From contig CAJOMC010000007.1 of NCBI GenBank assembly GCA_905235635.1, forward strand, positions 18,998-82,997: 64,000 bases of DNA, in the 5' to 3' direction. Position 1 is the first letter of the stretch. Every line of letters starts with the position of its first letter. The DNA comes from an uncultured Bacilli bacterium. Its GTDB lineage: Bacteria > Bacillota_I > Bacilli_A > Izemoplasmatales > UBA1188. The position numbers and the translations under genes were made by a program. The notes under the pieces were generated by a model. The model searched no databases and was not told the DNA's origin. It was given only the letters and a program-made list of their open reading frames with translations. Below are positions 50,735-60,200 of this stretch, in pieces.

Positions 50735-51406
50735 ATGAGTGATGTAAAAATAATAGACGTTAAGGCTACTGTCACAGAGGTAAACGATAAAAGAGCTGAT
50801 ATTTTAAGGGATAATCTTAAAAAGAATAATACCTATATGGTTAATTTAATGTCATCTCCCGGAAGTGGGAAGACCACATTACTTATAGCTTTATTAAATA
50901 AACTAAAAGATAAATTAAAAATAGGTGTCATGGAGGCTGACCTAGACGCAGATGTTGACACACACGCTATAAAAAATTACACAGGATGTGATGTCATCCA
51001 ACTTCATACTGGGGGCTGTTGTCACTTAGATGCGGTGATGAGCAAAGAAGGTCTCGATAACCTAGATAAAGATTTAGATTTAGTATTTATTGAAAACGTA
51101 GGTAATTTAATTTGCCCCGCAGAATTTGATACAGGCGCAAATCTAAATATAATGATTCTATCAATACCTGAGGGAGATGATAAACCAGTTAAGTATCCGT
51201 TCATCTTTAGTATGGTAGATGCATGTATATTTTCTAAGATAGATACACTCAAAATATTTGATTTTAATATAGACCTTGCGGAGAGTCATATTAAAAAACT
51301 AAACGATAAAGTATCTTTCTTTCCTCTAAGCACTAAGACTGGGGACGGAATAGATACGCTTGCGGATTATATATATAATAAAGTAAAGGATTATCAATCT
51401 AAATAA
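50735..51406 (+). CDS. hypB: Hydrogenase nickel incorporation GTPase HypB
   Basis: NLMSSPGSGKTT, TGGCCHLDA, ENVGNLICPAEFD, EGDDKP. Confidence 0.9.
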   Translation: MSDVKIIDVKATVTEVNDKRADILRDNLKKNNTYMVNLMSSPGSGKTTLLIALLNKLKDKLKIGVMEADLDADVDTHAIKNYTGCDVIQLHTGGCCHLDAVMSKEGLDNLDKDLDLVFIENVGNLICPAEFDTGANLNIMILSIPEGDDKPVKYPFIFSMVDACIFSKIDTLKIFDFNIDLAESHIKKLNDKVSFFPLSTKTGDGIDTLADYIYNKVKDYQSK

Positions 51407-51446
51407 TGGAAAAAGAGGCAAACGCCTCTTTTTCTCATTCCGTCTA

Positions 51447-52035
51447 TTATCTATTGTAGAATTCGACGATTAGGTTCTCTTTAATTTCTGGTAAGAATTC
51501 TTGTCTTTCAGGTAATCTAGTGTATTTAGCTTCCATCTTTTCTTCATTGAATTCAACGTATGGAACTCTAGATACTTTAGCTTCTAAACTTTCTTTAACG
51601 ATAGTTAGATCTCTAGATTTTTCTTTTAAAGAGATAACTTGACCAACTTTAACTCTGATTGATGGGATATCAGCTTTATGCCCATCAAGAGTAACGTGAC
51701 CATGGCTAACAAGTTGTCTAGCTTGTCTTCTTGTAGATGCGAATCCAGCTCTATAAACTAGATTATCTAATCTACTTTCAAGAAGAATTAGGAAGTTAGT
51801 ACCTTGTTTACCAGTTCTAATCTTTTTAGCTTCATCAAAAGTTTTACGGAATTGTTTTTCAGTTAAGCCATATAGGTATCTAACCTTTTGTTTTTCATTG
51901 AGTTGTGTACCATATTCAGTAACTTTTTTCTTTGCCTTGCCATGTTGGCCAGGAGCATAAGTTCTCTTTCTTAGGTCTTTCTCGTTTTCAAGGATAGATG
52001 CACCGTATCTTCTAGCTTCCAGTATATCTTGCCAT
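51447..52035 (-). CDS. rpsD: 30S ribosomal protein S4, apparently frameshifted after codon 6
   Basis: AGGAGG-ATG GCA AGA TAT ACT GGA (MARYTG) is out of frame with ARRYG...PGQHG...LESRLDNLVYR...LIVEFY; span 589 nt. Confidence 0.9.
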
Positions 52036-52057
52036 ATATGATCCTCCTTTTTTAATT

Positions 52058-52192
52058 CTTGTGTATAAGAGGAGTACTTCCTTATGCATTTAGTTTGTTT
52101 TGATAACCTCGCCTTAAGCAGCAAAGACTACTATTAAACCCTTAGGAACAAACTATTTTGAATAATTCGTACAGCTGCCTTTTATTACACAG
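52058..52192 (-). promoter_or_regulatory. Probable S4 autoregulatory leader
   Basis: Long 5' UTR beginning GTGTAA..GCAGCTG and ending TATACAC, containing GCTGC/GGCGAGG, as in Bacilli rpsD leaders. Confidence 0.5.
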
Positions 52193-52402
52193 CGTGCTTA
52201 TTATCTCATAAATATATAATTATTTCAAGAAATAATTTTAGAGTTCAATTTTCTTTTATTTCTCTTTGTTTAATTGTAACAAATGAAATTATATTTATCA
52301 TAATATAAAGATTAGTTATGGGTAACCTCTTTTATGTGCCCCTATTCGTTTTAATAAGTATATAATATATATAACGTATAATTTAAATACTATAGGTGTA
52401 AT

Positions 52403-53530
52403 ATGGATAGTTATAAAGAAAGAGAGAAAAAGATAGTTCAAGTTGGAATAATAGGCATTATATCTAATATGTTGTTGGTTGTTGGAAAGATACTAGTTGG
52501 TTTAATCGCGTCCTCAATTTCTATTGTTGCGGATGGATTAAATAACTTATCAGACAGTATTTCGAGTATTATCACAGTAATTGGTACTAAATTAAGTAAT
52601 AAAAAGCCTAGTAGAAAGTACCCATATGGTTATGGACGAATAGAATATATTACTAGTTTAACTATTTCCGCAATTATTGTGATTACTGGTGCGCTCGCAA
52701 TATTTGAATCAGTAAGAACGTTTATCACAAAACCAGAGGTATCTTATAGCGTTTATACTGTAGTGGTAGTATCTATTGCGATAGTAATAAAAATACTACA
52801 ATGGTTGCTTTATAAAACACAAGGAAATAAGTATTCGTCAGAAAGCCTTAAGGCATCATCTCTTGACTCACTCATGGATGCATTCATTTCTTTATCAACA
52901 CTAGTTGTCGCTATAATATGTCTCGTCTATAAAGATGCACATAACTGGAACCTTGAAGCTATCCTTGGTATTATAATTGGTTTATTTATCGTGAGAACTG
53001 GCATTACAGTGCTTACTAATTCAGTGTCACTCTTAATTGGAAAGAGCACAGATAAGGAAATAGTTGCGAAGATTAAAAGAATCATCAAATCTAACGAAAA
53101 AGTATTAGGCGTATACGATATCATTCTAAATAGTTATGGTCCAACCAAAACAATAGGCACAGCCCATATTGAAGTAGATGATAACCTAACCGCAAAAGAA
53201 ATTCATAGGATTTCAAGAGAAATCACAAGAAACTGTTATGCTGAACTTGGTGTAATTATTACTCTTGGAATATATGCAAGTAATGTATCTAACCCTACTG
53301 GTAAAGCAATAAAAGATACAATAGAAGAATTTATTAAGAATAACATAGAAATAGTTCAATATCACGGATTCTATTTTGATGAAGACAAAAAGAATATTAA
53401 CTTTGATATTATTTTTGAGTTTGATACCATAAACCCAGATGAAATAAAAGGAAATCTAGTCACTCTTTTAAAAGATAAATATCCTGAATATAACTTTGAG
53501 ATATTTGTGGATAGTAATTTTATCGAATAA
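52403..53530 (+). CDS. Cation diffusion facilitator transporter
   Basis: SIVADGLNNLSD, PYGYGRIEY, C-terminal dimerisation domain. Confidence 0.9.
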   Translation: MDSYKEREKKIVQVGIIGIISNMLLVVGKILVGLIASSISIVADGLNNLSDSISSIITVIGTKLSNKKPSRKYPYGYGRIEYITSLTISAIIVITGALAIFESVRTFITKPEVSYSVYTVVVVSIAIVIKILQWLLYKTQGNKYSSESLKASSLDSLMDAFISLSTLVVAIICLVYKDAHNWNLEAILGIIIGLFIVRTGITVLTNSVSLLIGKSTDKEIVAKIKRIIKSNEKVLGVYDIILNSYGPTKTIGTAHIEVDDNLTAKEIHRISREITRNCYAELGVIITLGIYASNVSNPTGKAIKDTIEEFIKNNIEIVQYHGFYFDEDKKNINFDIIFEFDTINPDEIKGNLVTLLKDKYPEYNFEIFVDSNFIE

Positions 53531-53553
53531 GAATTGTGAAGATTTTGTTAAGA

Positions 53554-53580
53554 TTAGCACTCGCACCTTGCAAGTGCTAA
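53554..53580. promoter_or_regulatory. CIRCE element (HrcA operator)
   Basis: TTAGCACTC-N9-AAGTGCTAA (one mismatch to consensus) upstream of hsp20. Confidence 0.92.
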
Positions 53581-53624
53581 TTTTTATGTTATAATCTTGG
53601 TGTAAAAAAGTAGGAGGTTTTACA

Positions 53625-54041
53625 ATGAAAAACGAATTAAGAATTTTTGATCCAAGATTTGATTTATTTGATACTTTCTTTGATGATCCATTCTTTAAAA
53701 GACCTCAAAGAGTAGAAGCCCATATGGCTGTTGATGTTCTAGAACATGATAATGACTATGAAATAGTCGCTGATGTACCAGGACTCGCTAAAGATAATAT
53801 CACCTTAGAATATGAGGAAGGCAATCTAACAATCTCGGTATCTAAGACTGAAGAGAAAGAAGAAAAAGAAAAGAAATATGTTAGAAAAGAACGCCACTCA
53901 TATAGCTTTAGAAGAACATTCTATGTTGGAAACATCAACGAAGAAGATATTAAAGCTAAACTTACTAATGGTGAACTACACGTAACTGTGCCAAAAGAAA
54001 AACAACAAGTTATCACAAAGAAAACAATTGATATTGAATAA
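53625..54041 (+). CDS. Hsp20/alpha-crystallin small heat shock protein
   Basis: ADVPGL, ERHSYSFRRTF, AKLTNGELHVTVPK; CIRCE upstream. Confidence 0.93.
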   Translation: MKNELRIFDPRFDLFDTFFDDPFFKRPQRVEAHMAVDVLEHDNDYEIVADVPGLAKDNITLEYEEGNLTISVSKTEEKEEKEKKYVRKERHSYSFRRTFYVGNINEEDIKAKLTNGELHVTVPKEKQQVITKKTIDIE

Positions 54042-54118
54042 TCACATCACAAAAGGATTATAGTAAAAGCCCCATTTTTCTTGGGGCTTTTACTATATTT
54101 ATGTAGTATAATCATATT

Positions 54119-54595
54119 ATGTTAAAAGTTCATATGCTTGTTGGTATACAAGGATCTGGTAAAACTACATATTCAAAAATACTATCTAAAAAAGAAGGAA
54201 TCCCTATTGTGTCAACTGATGGTATAAGGGATGAAGACCCAACTCTTGAAGGAATGGATGTATTCACTTTAGCCTTTGATAGAGTAGTGGCTTACCTAAA
54301 AGAAGGAAAAAGTGTCATTTACGATGCGACTAATGTCACACCACTTGTAAGAAGTAGATTCTTTACCGCAATGGAAGAAAGAGGAATAAATAGAAATGAA
54401 TATGAAATAATAGCTCATTTCTTCACTCCTAACCTAGAACTAAGCCTAGCCAGAGTAATAAAAAGAAATAATATTCCTGGTGAAAGATTCTTGCCACTTG
54501 ATGTGGTAGAAAACTATTCAAAGAATATAATAAAACCCACTATTGAAGAGGGTTTTAAAGAAATAGTCACAATAGATAACTATGTAATCTATTAG
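54119..54595 (+). CDS. P-loop kinase (AAA_33/polynucleotide-kinase-like)
   Basis: GIQGSGKTT, STDGIR, YDATN, PTIEEGF. Confidence 0.8.
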   Translation: MLKVHMLVGIQGSGKTTYSKILSKKEGIPIVSTDGIRDEDPTLEGMDVFTLAFDRVVAYLKEGKSVIYDATNVTPLVRSRFFTAMEERGINRNEYEIIAHFFTPNLELSLARVIKRNNIPGERFLPLDVVENYSKNIIKPTIEEGFKEIVTIDNYVIY

Positions 54596-56211
54596 TCATG
54601 AGGATCTATATAAATAGTCTTATAGTTAGTATATGATACGAAGCATCCCTTTTTCCCAGGGATCTTTTTTATATGTTTAACATAAGTGTAATCGACAGGG
54701 ACAGAAGAAGAACTCTTTGCTTCACTGTGAAGAGCTGCAAGATTTGACGCAAATCTAATAACGTCCTCAGTCAACTTATTATCTCCCGTTACTATCACAT
54801 GGGAGCCATGTCCATTCTTGATATGGAACCATAAATCATCCTTTCTCGCTAGTTTATTAGTAAGATAATTATTCTGTAGGTTATTCTTTCCCACATAAAC
54901 TACACAATCATTAATTTTGTATGTTAAAAAGTTTGGAATATACTTTTTCTTTTTACTATAAATCTTATCTCTTAGGTAGCCTCCTAAGAGAAGTTCTTGT
55001 CTTATTTCTTCAATATCTTTAAGAGAACCATTTTTTAACTGGTAAAGAAGAAGCTTAAAGTATTCAAGTTCATTACTTGATATTTCTAGTTGCTCGTTTA
55101 AGTGAGATATCGCAGCCTTAGCCTTCTTATATTTCTTATAATAGATATTAGCGTTATCTTTTAGTGATTTAGATGGATCAAGTTTAATCTCTACTTCTTC
55201 ATTATTATAGTAATTAAGAAGAGTGATACTATCATTTCTTGTATAAGGAAGATATGATGATGACATAAGAAGTTCTCCTTTAATTCTTAAATCATCAGAG
55301 TTAATGTCATTATCATATTCATTATTAAGTATCTGGATCTTTTTCTCTAATCTTTTAATGTTTGAATTAACACATTGATAGATCTTTATATTATTATCTT
55401 TTAGATTCTTTTCTCTTGTGGTTTTATCATAATAAAGATATAAAACCTCAGATAAAGTATCATATTTAGTCCCACCACCTAAAATATCAAAATAGTAGTA
55501 ATCTTTAGGATATAATGTTGGCTCTAGTTTATTAATGGTATCTATAAGTAAAGCCCCAAAATCCCTTCCATTATTTCTATAAATATCTAGGAGGTATTCC
55601 GCCAGTTTTGGCGAAATACCTGCGATATTATCTACTATATCTTTCGATAGTAAATCAACACTAGAAGATATAAAATTATTTACATTATCTTTATTTAAAG
55701 GATCTATTTTTTCATTCTTAAGAGGAATATATTTAAGGCCTCTCATTATGCCTCTTGAGTTGTTTTCGATAGTAGATAATTGTTTAATCGCATCTAATAT
55801 TACATGGTTTTCATCCAACACAATAAGATTAGAAAATCTCCCTATTAACTCAAGGATGATGTATTTAGTTGTTGAGCCATAAAATTCGTCTCTTGACTCT
55901 ATTTTAATCTCCACAACCCTATCATTATTAAGTTGAGATATCCCTCTTATTATTGAACCCAGGAAATGTTTTCTTAAAAACATAGCGAAAGATGACACTT
56001 CATTTAATCTTTCTAGTCTTTCCTTTGAAAGAAAGATTGTGGGATTATTATATGACACAGATAAATAAAGGAAATTGTTCCTCCCTTTTGACCTAATTAC
56101 GAATTGATAATCTGTCTTAGAAATTTCATCTATATTATCGATTCTTCCATTATTTAGTTCATCATTTAGTTCATAAACTAAGTGTTTTAAAAATATACCA
56201 TCAAGTGCCAT
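54592..56211 (-). CDS. rqcH: Ribosome quality control factor RqcH (FbpA/NFACT)
   Basis: MALDG, FAMFLRKH, DRVV, ELIGRFSN, VGKNNLQN, WFH, GSHV, VDYT. Confidence 0.9.
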   Translation of the reverse strand: MALDGIFLKHLVYELNDELNNGRIDNIDEISKTDYQFVIRSKGRNNFLYLSVSYNNPTIFLSKERLERLNEVSSFAMFLRKHFLGSIIRGISQLNNDRVVEIKIESRDEFYGSTTKYIILELIGRFSNLIVLDENHVILDAIKQLSTIENNSRGIMRGLKYIPLKNEKIDPLNKDNVNNFISSSVDLLSKDIVDNIAGISPKLAEYLLDIYRNNGRDFGALLIDTINKLEPTLYPKDYYYFDILGGGTKYDTLSEVLYLYYDKTTREKNLKDNNIKIYQCVNSNIKRLEKKIQILNNEYDNDINSDDLRIKGELLMSSSYLPYTRNDSITLLNYYNNEEVEIKLDPSKSLKDNANIYYKKYKKAKAAISHLNEQLEISSNELEYFKLLLYQLKNGSLKDIEEIRQELLLGGYLRDKIYSKKKKYIPNFLTYKINDCVVYVGKNNLQNNYLTNKLARKDDLWFHIKNGHGSHVIVTGDNKLTEDVIRFASNLAALHSEAKSSSSVPVDYTYVKHIKKIPGKKGCFVSYTNYKTIYIDPHD

Positions 56212-56316
56212 ATCTTAATTATACAATATCTTGGAGGCTAAATAATGATTTTTTGACAACTTTTAGAGTTATGTATGAGAGGTTGTGATATAATATTTTA
56301 AAGGAGGAAGAGACCC

Positions 56317-56958
56317 GTGAAATTAAACGAAAGAGGATTACTTGTTGTATTAAGCGGACCATCAGGTGTTGGGAAAGGGACTGTAAGAAAGGCCCTCTTT
56401 GCTTCCGAGGGTCAAAACTTCACGTATTCTGTTTCGATGACCACAAGACCTAAAAGAGAAGGCGAGATTGAAGGTAAAGATTACTTCTTTGTAACTGAAG
56501 AAGAATTTAAGAAAAAGATTGAAGCGGGAGAACTTCTTGAATACACATATTTTTGTGGAAATTATTATGGCACACCACTAAGCCAGGTTGAGGAAGCCTT
56601 AGACAGCGGAAAGGAATTAATCCTTGAAATTGAGGTTAATGGCTGTAGACAAGTTAAAGAAAAAATGGTTGATGCGGTGACGATCTTCATCGTTCCACCA
56701 AATAAAGATGTGCTCTATCAAAGACTTATGAGAAGAGGAACCGAATCACCAGAAGAAGTTCAAAAGAGAATCTCGAAAGCTAATGCTGAATTTGGGCTCG
56801 CATACCAATATGATTACATTGTTGTTAATGATGATGTTAAAAATGCAGCCGATAGAATTAGGGCAATTATCCGTGCTGAACACGCAAGCACAAGAAGAAG
56901 TATATATAAGTATTATGAATTATTAGGAGATACAGGAGAAAATAAAGATGAGCAGTAA
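56317..56958 (+). CDS. gmk: Guanylate kinase
   Basis: SGPSGVGKGTV, SVSMTTR, NYYGTP. Confidence 0.97.
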   Translation: MKLNERGLLVVLSGPSGVGKGTVRKALFASEGQNFTYSVSMTTRPKREGEIEGKDYFFVTEEEFKKKIEAGELLEYTYFCGNYYGTPLSQVEEALDSGKELILEIEVNGCRQVKEKMVDAVTIFIVPPNKDVLYQRLMRRGTESPEEVQKRISKANAEFGLAYQYDYIVVNDDVKNAADRIRAIIRAEHASTRRSIYKYYELLGDTGENKDEQ

Positions 56959-57214
56959 TGAAAATAGGAATCCAGAGGGATTAAGCTATCCATCAATAGA
57001 TGATTTATTAGTTGTTATCGATTCAAAATATAAATTAGCTTATACAGCTGCGAAACGTGCTAAATTAATTAAGGCCGAAGGATGTACTTTAATGGATGAC
57101 TTAGGTGGTGCTAAATGTGATAAACCAGTTGGTCAAGCACTAGAAGAAATACTCGCTGGTAAGGTTCATATTGAATTTGAATCTAATACCTCAGATAACG
57201 ATAAAGAAGAATAA
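56948..57214 (+). CDS. rpoZ: RNA polymerase omega subunit
   Basis: YPSIDDLL..IDSKYKL..AAKRA, KPVGQALEEI; gmk-rpoZ synteny. Confidence 0.92.
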   Translation: MSSNENRNPEGLSYPSIDDLLVVIDSKYKLAYTAAKRAKLIKAEGCTLMDDLGGAKCDKPVGQALEEILAGKVHIEFESNTSDNDKEE

Positions 57215-57282
57215 AAAATGTTTACTAATTATAGCCATTAATAAATATTAATGTGCTATAATTTTTTTAACGAGGTAGGCTT

Positions 57283-60200
57283 ATGGATATACAGAAATTA
57301 TTAGATAATATTGGCTATAATAGTGACTATTTGACACAAAATCTTCACGTAAAAAAGGCGGTTTTAGACCCCGTTTTTGCTTCACTTGACATTATTTTTG
57401 AATCAGATAGACCAATAATAATTTCTGAATACGAAGAACTAACTCAACGTCTTGATAACTTAAGGCTTAGAAATGTTGATCATATTACCTATTCATTTAC
57501 CTTTAATGAATATAATGAGAGTGATATTTACGACTATTTTAACTATGTTTCAAGAAAAATAAATAAAGATAACAGAGCCCTATATTTTAATAAAAAATAC
57601 GAATATGGAACTCTAACGGTAGAAATTCCAGGTAAAGAGTCAGGATTCCTCGTTCAGAGAAATCAAATATTAAAATTGATGAAGGATTCAGGCTTTACTC
57701 AATTATCACTTGAACTAAAACTTAAATACGATAAGGAAGAGATAGAGAAATCTATCAGTAGTGAAATAGATTATTCAGTTCTTGAAGCCAAAACTAGACT
57801 TGAAAAAACTAAAGAGGAGGTTTGGGTTCAATATTTACCTGATAAAAAAATATATGGCTCTGAAAAAAGCGCAATAGAAATACCTGACAATCAGGTTGAG
57901 TTTGATAGGTTTAATCAAAAAGAAACAAGATCTGCCTTTGTGTTAAAAGGCATAGTGGAATATATAGATCAAGATGCCTTAAAGAAACGGGGAAATTTTA
58001 AAATGGTTCTTCGCGATGATACAGGAAGAATCTATTGCTCCAGATCTTTAAAAGGTAATGATAAATTTTTCTTCAAAGAAATAAAGGTTAACCAAAAGAT
58101 TATTGTTCAAGGTTATTTAAGAATATCACCTGCTGGCGATGTCAGTTTAAACATCACTAACTGTGCACATACTGAATCAAGGATTCCAATTACTTCAAGA
58201 GTTGATATTGAACCTAAAAAGAGAGTGGAACTTAATCTCCATACTAAGATGAGTGCACTTGATGGTGTTGATGAAATGAAAGATTATTGCGAAGCTGCAG
58301 CATACTTTGGCCACTCTGCTATTGCGGTAACCGATACAGGTGGTGTACAAAGCTTCCATGATTTATATGAGTTTGTAAATGATCCTAAGAAAAACCCAGA
58401 TAAAGCTCTAAAACCTTTATATGGTGTTGAATTAAATTATGTTGATGAAGATGAAATCAAGATAGCACACAATCTTGAAGATATTAATTTAGAAGATGCG
58501 ACATATGTAGTATTTGACTTAGAAACTACAGGTATTTCTGTGAACTTTGAAAGAATTATAGAAGTGTCAGCAGTTAAGATTAAACATGGAGTTATTGTTG
58601 ATCAGTTTACTACTCTAGTTAACCCAGAAAAGAATATTCACTATTCGGTCTCAAAATTAACTACAATTAAAAATGAAGATGTTAAGAATGCACCTTCAAG
58701 AGAAGTTGCATTAAAACAATTTAGAGATTTTATAAAAGATACTGTGCTTGTTGCGCATAATGCATCATTCGATATTGGGCACCTAACTAAAAACTTTGAT
58801 GATTTAGGTTATGAAAGAATCAATTACCCATTAATCGATACACTAATTCTTGCGAAAGCGCTATATCCAGGAAAAAGAGCTTACGGTCTTGCGCCTATGT
58901 GTAAGTTCTTGAACGTAAGACTTGATCAGCACCATAGAGCTTTAGCCGACTCAACTGCGACCGGCCAAATCTTTATAATAATGCTTGAAGAAGCTAAGAA
59001 AAGAGGAATTAAATACCATAGTGAATTAAATACATTAATTGATCCTAAGGAAGCATTTAAATTCCCAATCTCTCATACAATAGATTTACTTGTTCAAAAT
59101 CAAATAGGTTTAAGAAATCTTTATCATATTTTATCTATCGCATCTACTGAGAATTTCTCATTAGATCCAATAGTCACAAAGAAAGTAATAGAAAAATATA
59201 GAGAAGGAATACTCATTGGGTCAGGTGATAGAGTAAGCCACTTCTTTGATGTGGCATTCACTAAGACTGAAGAAGAATTAGAAAAGATAATTGATTTCTA
59301 TGATTACATAGAGATTGAACCAACATCTAACTTTGTCTATGAACAACTTCATATGGATGATTATGAGTTCTGTGTCCAACATACCTATAAGAAAGTTATC
59401 GCAATGGCTAAAAAACATAATATTCCAGTCGTTGCGGTTGGCGATGTTCATCAAATAAATAAAGATGAAACATTATATAGAAGCATTTTAGTTAATACTG
59501 AAAGAGTTGGTAAATTAAGAAGACATCCTCTTTATATGTTTGGAGGAGAAAATGATGATATGCCACCTATGGAAATCGCAATCCCATCATCATACTATAA
59601 GACCACAAGAGAAATGTTAGAAGATTTCTCATATTTAGGGTCAGACCTCGCATATGAAGTTGTTGTAACGAATACTAACTTAATTGCGGATTCATGTGAA
59701 TTTGTCCAATCATTCAATAATAACCCTTATCCACCAAAAGATGATTTCTTAAAAGATTTAGGTATTCCATCTGCGGAGGAATTTGTTAAAGAATTAACAC
59801 TTGAAAATGCTCATAAATTATATGGTGACTTGCTTCCTGGTATTGTTAAAGATAGGATCGATCACGAACTAGAACCAATTATTGGAAATAAATTCTCCAC
59901 AATCTATGCGATATCACATTTAATAGTTAAGAAATCAAGAGAAGATGGCTATGAAGTTGGTTCAAGAGGTTCTGTTGGTTCATCTTTAGTCGCATATCTT
60001 ATGGAAATAACTGAGGTTAATTCACTCCCACCTCACTATTATTGTCCTAAATGTTCATATAGCGCATTTAAGATGACAGAATCAGAAAAGAAAAAATATG
60101 GAATAAGAAAAGATGAAGAATTATTCCAAAATAATTTAAATGAAGTAACAAGTGGATACGACTTACCTGATGCAAAATGCCCAATATGTGGAACGCTGCT

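Noticed and set aside
52036-52124. N-terminal extension of S4 given by the ORF track (MLLKARL...)
   Set aside because: It is an artefact of the frameshift; the true start MARYTG with RBS is at 52035 and the upstream DNA is leader.
56221-56236. NrdR-box-like ATACAATATCTTGGAG upstream of gmk
   Set aside because: It is a single imperfect copy; NrdR sites usually occur in tandem, and the match is weak in AT-rich DNA.
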